Source of the DNA: an uncultured Anaerolineales bacterium
Lineage (GTDB): Bacteria; Chloroflexota; Anaerolineae; Anaerolineales; UBA11858
NCBI GenBank assembly: GCA_964448865.1
Contig: CAYUXO010000001.1
Span: forward strand, 4,747 to 68,746
Direction of reading: 5' to 3'
Length of the DNA: 64,000 nt
The stretch's first letter is position 1. Each line of letters starts with the position of its first letter. Below are positions 30,067-41,598 of the stretch, piece after piece. Under the pieces are notes generated by a model, which saw nothing but the letters and a program-made list of their open reading frames with translations, made no database searches and was not told the DNA's origin. The translations under genes and the position numbers were made by a program.

Positions 30067-31089
30067 TTGATGAATATGAACAAAATCGTCCTTCCAGAGC
30101 CCCCAAATGTTCTAAAATCCATCCGAAATGGATTTGACGCCATCACTAAACATTTGATTTTATTGCTCTTTCCCGTGGGGCTTGACCTGGTCTTATGGTT
30201 TGCTCCTCACCTTCAACTCAAATCCCTCATCGAGGGATTGATTTTGGAGATGATTGAAGTATCCGCTCTTCTCCCTGCTGATTTTGGAGATGTAATGGAA
30301 GCTGGCCAGGAGATCTGGCAATTGGCTGCGGAACGGATAAATCTATTCCTGGTCTTGCGTTCCTTACCTGTAGGAATATTTAGTTTACTGACTTCCATCC
30401 TCCCGGTAAAAAATCCCCTGGGCAGTCCGATATTTTGGGATGTTCCGACGATGAGCGGCGCTATTATATTCAGCCTGTTGATTTTTATCGTCGGACTGGC
30501 ATTTGGTGGAATTTATTTTTCAGGGGTCAGGCAGGCTGCTTTATTTGATCAGGTCAGGTGGAGGAAAGTTCTCAGTGAATGGCCCCGGGTGAGCCTTCAG
30601 TCACTGCTGTTAAGCCTATTGTGGTTGATTTTATTTTTAGCAATCATGGTCATCGGAAGCTGTGCTGCAACCGGGATCACATTTTTCAGTGTCTCCCTGG
30701 GTCAAATTGTCATAATCCTGTTCGGCGTTATCTCGTTTTGGTTCATTTTCCCCATATTTTTTTCCCCCCATGGAATTTATTCCCAGGGTCAAAAAGCTTG
30801 GAAATCACTGCTAACAAGCGTTCGGTTAACCAATTTGACCTTTGTTAAGACAAGCCTGTTTATCATTATTGCTATCCTGGTAAATCAGGGATTAAATATG
30901 GTCTGGCAGATACCACCAGAAGAATCCTGGTTGATGGGAATAAGCATTATTGGGCATGCTTTTGTTACAACCGGTATGTTAGCAGCCAGCTTTGTATATT
31001 ACCAGGACATGGTTCGCTGGGCAGAAGAGCTGCAGGTACTCAGCGCGCCAGGCCCCATCGTTGAAGAACGGCCAACCTTAGAGAAATAA
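30067..31089 (+). CDS. Polytopic membrane protein of unknown function
   Basis: 340 aa with about 7-8 hydrophobic segments. No motif was recognised. Confidence 0.55.
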   Translation: MMNMNKIVLPEPPNVLKSIRNGFDAITKHLILLLFPVGLDLVLWFAPHLQLKSLIEGLILEMIEVSALLPADFGDVMEAGQEIWQLAAERINLFLVLRSLPVGIFSLLTSILPVKNPLGSPIFWDVPTMSGAIIFSLLIFIVGLAFGGIYFSGVRQAALFDQVRWRKVLSEWPRVSLQSLLLSLLWLILFLAIMVIGSCAATGITFFSVSLGQIVIILFGVISFWFIFPIFFSPHGIYSQGQKAWKSLLTSVRLTNLTFVKTSLFIIIAILVNQGLNMVWQIPPEESWLMGISIIGHAFVTTGMLAASFVYYQDMVRWAEELQVLSAPGPIVEERPTLEK

Positions 31090-31106
31090 CCCTGATCATG
31101 GTATGA

Positions 31107-33062
<1,956 letters not shown>

Positions 33063-33081
33063 GAACTAAAAACTATACCTC

Positions 33082-34188
33082 ATGTCATTAGAACAAGGTC
33101 AGCTCCTACGCGAACGATACAGGATTATTGAGGTTCTGGGCCACGGTGGAATGGGTTCTATTTTCCGGGCCGTGGATGAAAACCTTGGTCTGGAGGTCGC
33201 AGTCAAGGAGAATTTGTTCACTATCGAAGATTATGCTCGGCAGTTCCGCCGGGAAGCCATAATCCTGGCTAATTTGCGCCATCCCAATCTTCCCCGCGTC
33301 TCAGATCATTTCAGCCTTGAAGATCAAGGACAATACCTGATCATGGATTACATCGAAGGCGAAGACCTCCAGGAAAGATTGGAGCGGATTGGTTCCTTCG
33401 AAGAGGAAGAAGTAGTCTTTATTGGAGCAGCCATCTGTGATGCACTTTCCTATATGCATTCCAGGGATTCTATGGTGTTGCATCGGGATATTAAACCTGC
33501 CAATGTGCGGATTACACCCGATGGGGGAGTTTATTTAGTTGATTTTGGCCTGGCAAAGGTGATATACGGCGATCAAACCACAACCACCGGTGCCCGGGCA
33601 ATGACCATGGGATTCTCACCTCCAGAGCAATATGGAGCTGCCCGGACAGATGCCCGGACGGATATTTATTCACTTGGCGCTACATTATATACATCGTTAA
33701 CAGGTTTTACACCTGAAGACAGCCTGGCCCAGACCATGGATCAGCTAGAGCTCACTCCAGTTAGAGAAAGGAATCCTAAAGTCTCCAAACGGGTTTCAGA
33801 AGCTGTTGAACGAGCTCTCCAGGTCCGACCCAATGATCGCTGGCAGATGGCTGCTGAGTTTAAAAATGAACTTCTAAAAGCTCAAAGCGGTCGGTTCAAT
33901 ATCAATTTTGGCTTCGATTTTAAAGGTCAAATAAAAACATCAAAAATAGAGAAAGGACCCCCGGCCGGGAAAGTATCCCGGGGAATTGAAACCAAAGAGA
34001 TCACCAGGAAGAGAGCCAAAGGTTCCCAGGAAAAAAAGAAAAATGTTCACGGACCCCAGAAAAAGATCGATAGAGGTGGTTGTCTTTCTTTACTTGCGTT
34101 ATTGGGATTGATTTTAATCCTAGGTGGGGCGGTGTTCTCGTTGTTGAACCCTACCCTGGCCCGAATTCTGTTGAACTACTTTTTTTGA
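33082..34188 (+). CDS. Hanks-type Ser/Thr protein kinase with a basic linker and C-terminal TM
   Basis: GHGGMGSIF, AVKEN, HRDIKPANV, VDFGLA and SPPEQ are present. The C-terminal TM is LSLLALLGLILILGGAVFSLL. Confidence 0.9.
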   Translation: MSLEQGQLLRERYRIIEVLGHGGMGSIFRAVDENLGLEVAVKENLFTIEDYARQFRREAIILANLRHPNLPRVSDHFSLEDQGQYLIMDYIEGEDLQERLERIGSFEEEEVVFIGAAICDALSYMHSRDSMVLHRDIKPANVRITPDGGVYLVDFGLAKVIYGDQTTTTGARAMTMGFSPPEQYGAARTDARTDIYSLGATLYTSLTGFTPEDSLAQTMDQLELTPVRERNPKVSKRVSEAVERALQVRPNDRWQMAAEFKNELLKAQSGRFNINFGFDFKGQIKTSKIEKGPPAGKVSRGIETKEITRKRAKGSQEKKKNVHGPQKKIDRGGCLSLLALLGLILILGGAVFSLLNPTLARILLNYFF

Positions 34189-34278
34189 TCTTTTATCCCT
34201 GAAATTCCCCTTCAATTATTTCTTTAGAAAATAATCTTTGAATTCATGTGATTTTAATCATAAAATCATGGAATTTAC

Positions 34279-34334
34279 TTGTCAGACAATTGACAGATAG
34301 GGGAGTTTTTGTTAAACTTGAAGTTGTCAGACAA
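34279..34334 (+). promoter_or_regulatory. Sigma70-like promoter (TTGACA-17-TAAACT) bracketed by two identical 11-bp palindromes TTGTCAGACAA (candidate GntR/HutC operators)
   Basis: The palindrome occurs at 34279-34289 and 34324-34334. The -35 is TTGACA (34290-34295) and the -10 is TAAACT (34313-34318). It sits 21 bp upstream of the first gene of the catabolic island. Confidence 0.55.
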
Positions 34335-34354
34335 GTCGTTACTCAGGATATACT

Positions 34355-35740
34355 ATGCCGACTCTCCTTGTTAAAAATGCCCAGGTCCTTGTTACAATGG
34401 ATAACCACCGTCATGAGATTGAGAATGGTGGTATTTTTATTAAAGACGGATTTATAGAGGCAGTAGGAAAATCTGATCAGCTTCCCTCAAAAGCAGATCA
34501 GATTCTTGATTTAAAAGGGCATATTGTGCTGCCTGGCCTTGTCAATACTCACCATCATTTTTATCAGACATTAACCCGGGTGGTACCAGATGCTCAGGAT
34601 GCAAATTTATTTAACTGGTTGAAAACTCTCTATCCAATTTGGGCCCGGATGAGGCCGGAAGATATCAGAATATCTACTCAAACTGCTCTGGCTGAACTGG
34701 CTTTATCAGGATGCACCACTGCATCTGATCATCTATATCTATTTCCCAATGGATCAAAGTTGGATGATGAAATTGAAGCAGCGCTTGAAATTGGCGTTAG
34801 ACTTCACGCGTCGCGTGGTTCCATGAGCCTGGGTGAAAGCAAAGGTGGGTTGCCTCCTGATAGTGTAGTAGAAGATGAAGATCAAATTCTTAAAGACTCC
34901 CTGCGTTTAATTGAGGCTTATCATGACAGCCAGCCAGGTTCAATGACCCAGATTGTGCTGGCTCCCTGTTCTCCGTTCAGTGTTACAGGTGATCTGATGC
35001 GTGAAAGTGCAGCTCTTGCCCGACAATATGGGGTTCAGCTGCATACCCACCTGGCCGAAACTGAAGATGAGGTCGATTTTACTATTCAGAAATTTGGTAA
35101 ACGCCCGGTAGCCTATATGGAAGAAGTTGATTGGATTGGTCCTGATGTCTGGTTTGCGCATTCGGTTTATTTGGATAAAGGGGAGATCGGAATTTACGCA
35201 GAACACGGCTGTGGCGTGGCTCACTGCCCGAGCTCAAATATGAGATTAGCGTCTGGCGCTGCTCCCATTCTGGATATGCTTGCAGCAGGTGTTAATGTCG
35301 GATTGGGTGTGGATGGCTCAGCCAGTAATGATGGATCACATCTCCTGGAAGAAACCCGCCAGGCTATGCTCCTGTCCCGGCTCAGAGCCGGTATTATGGG
35401 AGCTTCCCGCTCCGGAAAAAGTGATCAAAAAATCATGACTGCCAGAGGTGCCCTGGAACTGGCTACCATTGGTGGCGCAGAAGTTCTGGGAAGATCGGAT
35501 ATAGGTTCTCTTGAACCAGGAAAAGCAGCCGATTTCACAGCAATCAACCTGAACAGGATCGATTATGCGGGAGCACTGCATGACCCGGTAGCGGCTGTAG
35601 TATTTTGCGCTCCCGTAAAAGTAGACTATACAGTCGTAGGCGGTAAATTTGTGGTCAAGGATGGCCAGCTAACCTCACTTGATTTACCGGTCCAGATAGA
35701 AAAACACAATCAAGCAGCGGCAAGATTGTTAAATAACTAA
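34355..35740 (+). CDS. Amidohydrolase of the 8-oxoguanine deaminase / SsnA / AtzB-like group
   Basis: The N-terminus is LLVKNAQVLVTMD...GGIFIKDGFIEAVG. LPGLVNTHHHFYQTL, HTHLAET, HSVY and GVDGSASND are present. Confidence 0.7.
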   Translation: MPTLLVKNAQVLVTMDNHRHEIENGGIFIKDGFIEAVGKSDQLPSKADQILDLKGHIVLPGLVNTHHHFYQTLTRVVPDAQDANLFNWLKTLYPIWARMRPEDIRISTQTALAELALSGCTTASDHLYLFPNGSKLDDEIEAALEIGVRLHASRGSMSLGESKGGLPPDSVVEDEDQILKDSLRLIEAYHDSQPGSMTQIVLAPCSPFSVTGDLMRESAALARQYGVQLHTHLAETEDEVDFTIQKFGKRPVAYMEEVDWIGPDVWFAHSVYLDKGEIGIYAEHGCGVAHCPSSNMRLASGAAPILDMLAAGVNVGLGVDGSASNDGSHLLEETRQAMLLSRLRAGIMGASRSGKSDQKIMTARGALELATIGGAEVLGRSDIGSLEPGKAADFTAINLNRIDYAGALHDPVAAVVFCAPVKVDYTVVGGKFVVKDGQLTSLDLPVQIEKHNQAAARLLNN

Positions 35741-35775
35741 TTGGGGATTATTTTTATTTACTAGGGAGTAAATGT

Positions 35776-37584
35776 ATGACCAGAGAACAGATCAGCAAAC
35801 GCACCAGATCCCTGGTAGATGTGGCAATGGGCCGGGCAGAAGCCGATATAGTGATTCGCAACGGCCAATGGGTTTGTGTTCAGTCTGGAGAAATCATCCC
35901 GGGTATAGATATTGCCATTATTGGCGAAAGAATCGCATTTGTGGGAGAAGATGCCAGCCATACCATCGGCGAAAGCACCCGGGTGATAGATGCTGATGGA
36001 AAATACCTGGTGCCTGGGTTGCTTGACGCACACATGCATGTTGAGTCGGGAATGGTGACCATCACAGAGTTTGTGAGGGCGGTTGCTCCCCGGGGTACTA
36101 CCGGAATGTTCATAGATCCCCATGAGATTGCCAATGTATTTGGTCTCAAGGGTGTTCGTTTGATGGCTGAAGAGGCAGAAACCCAGCCTATCCATGTTTG
36201 GGTCCAGGTGCCTTCCTGCGTTCCGTCAGCACCCGGCTTGGAAACTCCCGGAGCATCCATCGGCCCGGAAGATGTTGAAGAAGCAATGAAGTGGAAAAAT
36301 ATTATTGGGCTGGGAGAAATGATGAATTTCCCGGGAGTATTCTCCAGCGATGAAAAAATGCATCTGGAGATGGCTGCCACCCGGGCAGCTGGCAAGGTGA
36401 TTGGGGGACATTATGCCTCACCTGATCTGGGAATACCCTTCCATGGTTATGTCGCGGGGGGAGCAGAAGATGATCATGAAGGCACCAGGAAAGAAGATGC
36501 GGTGGCCAGGGTTCGCCAGGGCATGAAATCCATGTTGCGCTACGGATCAGCTTGGCTCGATGTCGAAGCCCAGGTCAAGGCTATCACCGAGGACGGATTG
36601 GATTCGCGTAATTTTATACTTTGCACAGATGATTCCCATTCGGAAACGCTTGTAAATGATGGTCATATGGATCGGGTTCTGAGACACACCATTGGTCTTG
36701 GAGTTGATCCAATGACTGCGCTCCAGATGGCTACTATCAATACAGCAGAACATTTTGGGATGGCCAGGGATATGGGACAGATCGCGCCGGGTAGATTTGC
36801 AGATATCCTCTTGGTGTCAGACCTCGAGAATTTCCAGGCGGAACTGGTCATCGCCAAAGGTGAAGTCCTGGTTGAATCAGGGCAGTGGAAAATAGAGTTG
36901 CCCCCGATTTCCTATCCCGACTGGATAACTAATTCTGTGAATATGAAAAGTTCATTAACTGCTGAAAATTTCCGACTGCCTGTTGATGAAAATATATCAT
37001 CTGGTGAGTTACTGGCTCATGTGATAGGAGTTATCGAAGGTCAAGCCCCCACTAGACACCTTCAAATTCCGGTTAAGGCAGAAAATGGTGAGATACGGGT
37101 AAACCTGGAGGAAGATCTGTCAAAAATCGCTCTGGTTGAGCGGCACCAGGGAACAGGCGGGGTGGTTGTTGGATTGGTGTCCGGGTTTGGTTTAAAAGGG
37201 AAGTGTGCCATTGGCTCTACTGTTGCCCATGATTCCCATCATATGATTGTCGTTGGCACGGATGAAGGTCTAATGGCTTTGGCTGCCAACCAGCTGGCAG
37301 AGATGAATGGCGGCCAGGTAGTGGTTAAAGATGGGGTGGTGATCGGGCAGGTCGCCCTTCCTATTGCGGGACTGATGTCTAATAAACGGGCTGAAGTTGT
37401 CGCTGAAGAAGCTGCCACTGTGCTGGAAGGTTTCCGCACCTGCGGCTGCACGATTGCCAATCCTAATATGCAGCTGAGCCTGTTGGCATTGGTAGTGATA
37501 CCTTCATTGCGTATTTCTGATCTGGGGCTGGTTGATGTAGACGCCTTTTCATTTATCCCTGTTCTTGAAGGAGAAGGCTCTTGA
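35776..37584 (+). CDS. Adenine deaminase (AdeC family), paralog 1
   Basis: 602 aa. It has VPGLLDAHMHVESGM, EMMNFPGV and GHYA, plus the C-terminal AdeC domain (VERHQGTG...STVAHDSHHMIVVG). Confidence 0.75.
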   Translation: MTREQISKRTRSLVDVAMGRAEADIVIRNGQWVCVQSGEIIPGIDIAIIGERIAFVGEDASHTIGESTRVIDADGKYLVPGLLDAHMHVESGMVTITEFVRAVAPRGTTGMFIDPHEIANVFGLKGVRLMAEEAETQPIHVWVQVPSCVPSAPGLETPGASIGPEDVEEAMKWKNIIGLGEMMNFPGVFSSDEKMHLEMAATRAAGKVIGGHYASPDLGIPFHGYVAGGAEDDHEGTRKEDAVARVRQGMKSMLRYGSAWLDVEAQVKAITEDGLDSRNFILCTDDSHSETLVNDGHMDRVLRHTIGLGVDPMTALQMATINTAEHFGMARDMGQIAPGRFADILLVSDLENFQAELVIAKGEVLVESGQWKIELPPISYPDWITNSVNMKSSLTAENFRLPVDENISSGELLAHVIGVIEGQAPTRHLQIPVKAENGEIRVNLEEDLSKIALVERHQGTGGVVVGLVSGFGLKGKCAIGSTVAHDSHHMIVVGTDEGLMALAANQLAEMNGGQVVVKDGVVIGQVALPIAGLMSNKRAEVVAEEAATVLEGFRTCGCTIANPNMQLSLLALVVIPSLRISDLGLVDVDAFSFIPVLEGEGS

Positions 37585-38309
37585 TCAAGGATAATAACGT
37601 TTCCAGGTCTTTACATGAACAGCTCAGCACCTTGATTGCAGACACAGAATCTGGAGAGCAGCTGCCTTCAGAACCCAGGCTGGCAGAAGATTTGGGAGTT
37701 TCCCGAGCTACTCTGAGGGAAGCAATGCGGACTTTCGAAACCCGGGGATTGCTGGAGCGGAAACAAGGCGTGGGGACCTTTGTCATTCACCCAATTCACG
37801 TTTTCGACAGCGGATTGGAGCACCTAATCAGTCTGGAAACTATTGCTGACCATCTTGGTTTGGTAGTTTCAATGGGAGAGCTGAAAGTATGCCAAAAACT
37901 GGTTGATTTTGACCTTTCCCAGGAATTAGGATTACCGGAGAGCGAAAAGATCATTCATGTTTCGAGGGTGATCCAGGCAGACAATAAACCAGTAGCATAC
38001 CTGGAGGATAACCTGCCCATTGATGTGATTAGTGAAGAGGAAGTAAAGTATCACTTCACAGGTTCTGTTCTGGATCTGTTGATCAAACGGGATGATATTC
38101 CGCTGGCAAGTTCAAAATGTGACATAAGTGCCACTGGTGCCACTCCAGACCTGGCAGCAGCGCTGGAAATTCAAGTGAACGATCCCCTGCTGGTTTTTTC
38201 ATCATTGTTGTTTTCTACCCGGGGCAGGATCATTGATTCTTCATTCAGTTATTTTATTCCCGGGTATTTTCATTTTCATATTGTCCGCCGGGTAGGTTAT
38301 CAAACCTAA
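37581..38309 (+). CDS. GntR-family transcriptional regulator, HutC/UTRA subfamily
   Basis: The N-terminal wHTH is LPSEPRLAEDLGVSRATLREAMRTFETRGLLERKQGVGTFV. A C-terminal UTRA-like effector domain is present. The TTG start overlaps the upstream stop. Confidence 0.85.
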   Translation: MIKDNNVSRSLHEQLSTLIADTESGEQLPSEPRLAEDLGVSRATLREAMRTFETRGLLERKQGVGTFVIHPIHVFDSGLEHLISLETIADHLGLVVSMGELKVCQKLVDFDLSQELGLPESEKIIHVSRVIQADNKPVAYLEDNLPIDVISEEEVKYHFTGSVLDLLIKRDDIPLASSKCDISATGATPDLAAALEIQVNDPLLVFSSLLFSTRGRIIDSSFSYFIPGYFHFHIVRRVGYQT

Positions 38310-38413
38310 AGCGGTTATGTCAGGAGGAAAACAAATAATATAAATCACCTATCGAAAAACATAGACGACAATCAAATCAAGCATATAGGATTATTTTTCA
38401 AAGGAGTACGATC

Positions 38414-39367
38414 ATGAGAAGTTTTGTAGGACGTGACATCATATCATTGAAGGATATTGAACGACATGAATTTGAACGAATTTTTGAAGTTGCCAAGAAG
38501 TTGGCACCAATCGCTCAAAATCGCAAGAATGTGGATTTGTTAAAAGATAAAATCATGGTGACTGCTTTTTACCAGCCGTCCACCCGCACCCGCCTGGCTC
38601 ACGAATCAGCAATGCTTCGCCTGGGCGGTAAAGTAACTGGTTTTTCTGATGCCAAGATGACTCGCGCTGGTGACTTCTATATGGAGTCCATCAAGGACAC
38701 TTTCAAAATGCTCGAAAATTATGGCGATGTGATCGTTATGCGCCACTTCCAGAAAGGTGCTCCTCACGAAGCAGCCAAATGGGTTAGCATTCCGATCATT
38801 AACGGTGGAGATGGATGGGGAGAACATCCTACCCAGATCCTGACCGATCTTTATACTATTCTGACCGAGAAAGGTCGTCTTGACGGTCTGAAGTGGGTTG
38901 CAGTTGGTGATATGAGGATGCGCACTATGCACTCCCTGGGACATGCCTTAACCCAGTACGACTGCCCAATCACCTTTATCTCTCCCAAAGACATGCAGCT
39001 TCCTGATGAATACCGGGAAGACTTCAAACGCAACAGCCTGAACTTCACTGAGGGTGATGATGTTCGCGAAGTTATAGCTGACGCAGATGTTATTCTGGTT
39101 GAACCTGTTGTGCAGCCGGATTACACCAAATCCCGCGACGAACGGGATGGCGATGTCGCTTTGACACCTCCGGAATTCCAGATTACCAAAGAATTGCTGG
39201 AAACCAAGGCTAAATCTGATGCGGTTCTGCTGCACTCCTTGCCCCGCATGGATGATATTCCTCCGGATGTCGATCAGACCCGCTGGGCTCGCTACTGGAA
39301 AGAAGGATTTAATGGCGTTGTGATGCGCATGGCTCTGCTGGCCCTGGTTCTGGGTGCAGAAGAGTAA
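38414..39367 (+). CDS. Carbamoyltransferase, ATCase-like but divergent in the second-substrate loop
   Basis: STRTR (YQPSTRTRLAHE), RH, GEHPTQ, GDMRMRTMHS and HSLPRMDDI are present. The usual ATCase S-x-KGE-x-x-DT segment is replaced by SDAKMTRAGDFYMESIKDT. Confidence 0.7.
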   Translation: MRSFVGRDIISLKDIERHEFERIFEVAKKLAPIAQNRKNVDLLKDKIMVTAFYQPSTRTRLAHESAMLRLGGKVTGFSDAKMTRAGDFYMESIKDTFKMLENYGDVIVMRHFQKGAPHEAAKWVSIPIINGGDGWGEHPTQILTDLYTILTEKGRLDGLKWVAVGDMRMRTMHSLGHALTQYDCPITFISPKDMQLPDEYREDFKRNSLNFTEGDDVREVIADADVILVEPVVQPDYTKSRDERDGDVALTPPEFQITKELLETKAKSDAVLLHSLPRMDDIPPDVDQTRWARYWKEGFNGVVMRMALLALVLGAEE

Positions 39368-39470
39368 AAAAACGATAGATCAATTCTCGGCAGACTGACT
39401 CCGATCGATCTGCCGGGAATTAATTAAATGTTCAGGTGTCCGCATTCTGAACGGAAATAAGGAGATAACC

Positions 39471-40451
39471 ATGATAACTGATTTACGAGGTCGCGATTTA
39501 ATTGGCGATCTGGATTTTACAAAAGAAGAAGTTGAGACCGTTCTCGAGGTTGCCTGGGATCTTAAAAAGAAACGGGCATTAGGTGAACGGCATGCCTTGC
39601 TTCAGGATAAGACCCTCTGTATGTTATTTTTCTTTTCAAGTACCCGAACCAGGGCATCTTTTGAGTCTGGCATGGCTCAGCTTGGTGGGCATGCAGCCTT
39701 TTTGGAAAGCCGCACCACCCAGGTTTCCCACGGGGATACTGAAAAAGAACTGGGAGAGATCCTGGGCCGATATTTTGACGGCATTGCTATCCGCCATGTT
39801 GATTGGGGAGTAGGCAATCAATATATCAATAACGTAGCCTCAGCATCCCGGTCGCCTGTCTTAAATATGCAGTGTGAGGTTTACCACCCCCATCAGTGTC
39901 TGGCAGACATTATGACCATATTTGAGAAAAAAGGCCCCAATCTGCGTGGAAAGAAAATTGTGATTTCTTGGGCTTATGCCTCTTCCTACCTGAAACCTAT
40001 CTCTGTTCCCCAATCCCTGATCCTGCAAATGCCCCGCTTTGGCCTGGATGTCACCCTGGCTCATCCACCAGAATTCAAATTAATGCCTGAGATTATGGAG
40101 CAGGCCCGAGCCCAGGCAAAGATATATGGCGGAAAATTTGAAGTTGTTGATGATATGAAAGAAGGGTTTAAGGATGCGGATATTGTGTATGCCAAATCCT
40201 GGGGACCTTTACTGACAACCCAGGATCCGGAAGAAGGCAAGAAGATCCAGGATAAATACAAAGATTGGATCACTGATTCCAAGAAAATGGCCCTGGCTGA
40301 TAAAGATGCGATCTACATGCACCCGCTGCCAGCAGATCGGGATGTAGAAGTCACCAGTGAAGTGATGGATGGTCCCCAGTCAGTGGTATTCGACCAGGCT
40401 GAAAACAGAATGCACGCCCAGAAAGCAGTCATGGCTCTGACCATGCGCTAG
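39471..40451 (+). CDS. Carbamoyltransferase, OTCase/YgeW-like
   Basis: SSTRTRASFE, HPHQCLAD and HPLPADR are present. The atypical ISWAYASSYLKPISVPQ and YAKSWG segments resemble what I recall of the YgeW-type subgroup. This was not verified. Confidence 0.7.
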   Translation: MITDLRGRDLIGDLDFTKEEVETVLEVAWDLKKKRALGERHALLQDKTLCMLFFFSSTRTRASFESGMAQLGGHAAFLESRTTQVSHGDTEKELGEILGRYFDGIAIRHVDWGVGNQYINNVASASRSPVLNMQCEVYHPHQCLADIMTIFEKKGPNLRGKKIVISWAYASSYLKPISVPQSLILQMPRFGLDVTLAHPPEFKLMPEIMEQARAQAKIYGGKFEVVDDMKEGFKDADIVYAKSWGPLLTTQDPEEGKKIQDKYKDWITDSKKMALADKDAIYMHPLPADRDVEVTSEVMDGPQSVVFDQAENRMHAQKAVMALTMR

Positions 40452-40460
40452 GAGAGTAGT

Positions 40461-41417
40461 ATGGAAAAAGAAAAGAAAGTTGCTGTTGTCGCGATTGGCG
40501 GAAATTCCCTGATCAAATCCAAACAGCAGCAAACCGTTCAGGACCAGTACAAAGCCGCCCAAGAGACAGCTTTACACCTGGTGGACATGATTGAAGCCGG
40601 CTGGGTTATCGCTATTGGTCACGGCAATGGTCCCCAGGTTGGATTTATTCTGCGGCGCTCTGAGATTGCCCATAAGGTTGAGGGTATGCATGAACTTCCC
40701 CTTGATGTTTGTGGGGCAGACAGCCAGGGAGCGATTGGTTACTCTTTGCAGCAGAACATTCAAAACGAATTGAAAAAACGAGGCATCAATAAACCTGTGG
40801 CCACTGTGATCACCCAGGTCAGGGTTGATCCAAATGACCCTGCCTTTCAGACACCTGCCAAACCAATCGGAACCTTCATGGAAGAAGATGAAGCCCAGAA
40901 AAGAAAAGAAGAATTGGGTTGGGACATTGTCGAAGATGCCGGTAGGGGCTGGAGACGGGTGGTAGCTTCCCCTCTACCGGTAGAAATCATGGAACTTGAC
41001 GCGATCAAAGCTTTGATTGAAAGTGGTGTTATCACCATCACAGTTGGCGGCGGCGGCATTCCTGTGATTGAAACTGAGGCCGGTGTGATCGGCACCGCCG
41101 CAGTGATCGACAAGGATTTTGCCTCGGCATTTCTTGCCAATGAGATCAATGCTGATATGCTGTTGATTTCAACTGCGGTCGAGAAAGTATCCTTGAATTT
41201 TGGCAAACCTGATCAGGTAGATGTTGATCAGATGACAGTGGCGGAAGCCAAAGCATACCTGGATGAAGGGACACACTTTGCCAAAGGTTCCATGGAACCC
41301 AAGATCAGAGCGATTGTCAGCTTCCTGGAGCAGGGCGGTAAAGAAGCCCTGGTCACCAATCCTGAAAATATCGGACGAGCCCTCAAAGGCGAAACAGGTA
41401 CACGGATTATTCCATAA
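40461..41417 (+). CDS. arcC: Carbamate kinase
   Basis: VVAIGGNSL, GHGNGPQVG, GGGGIPV and the amino-acid-kinase fold are present. The protein is 318 aa. Confidence 0.85.
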   Translation: MEKEKKVAVVAIGGNSLIKSKQQQTVQDQYKAAQETALHLVDMIEAGWVIAIGHGNGPQVGFILRRSEIAHKVEGMHELPLDVCGADSQGAIGYSLQQNIQNELKKRGINKPVATVITQVRVDPNDPAFQTPAKPIGTFMEEDEAQKRKEELGWDIVEDAGRGWRRVVASPLPVEIMELDAIKALIESGVITITVGGGGIPVIETEAGVIGTAAVIDKDFASAFLANEINADMLLISTAVEKVSLNFGKPDQVDVDQMTVAEAKAYLDEGTHFAKGSMEPKIRAIVSFLEQGGKEALVTNPENIGRALKGETGTRIIP

Positions 41418-41598
41418 CATTCAGATTTATAAGCTTGGATGGACATAAGTTATAAGAAGATATCCTTCTTTAGGACGAAAAGAAATATTCAAGTATACTT
41501 ATGTTATCCAAGTAACGACACAAAATAAAAAAGGAGGCTTTTCTCAATAGTAATGCAGGAAAAGAACCATTGAAATTCCAATGTATAGAGGAGAAAAA

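Noticed and set aside
29958-30146. A 62-aa minus-strand ORF lies in the divergent region upstream of the membrane-protein gene.
   Set aside because: It overlaps the 5' end of the 30067..31089 CDS in antisense. It has no SD and no motif.
34248-34457. A 69-aa plus-strand ORF covers the promoter/operator region and the start of the amidohydrolase gene.
   Set aside because: It is out of frame with the strongly supported 34355..35740 CDS. It overlaps the predicted -35/-10 elements, so it is most likely spurious.
41434-41512. A possible purine riboswitch in the importer leader. The context (purine genes) and a P1-like stem followed by UAUAA invited the idea.
   Set aside because: I found no convincing P3 helix. 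The J2/3 (UUUCUACC-like) and J3/1 conserved junction nucleotides are absent. Only P1- and P2-like stems exist. It is kept as a generic structured leader instead.
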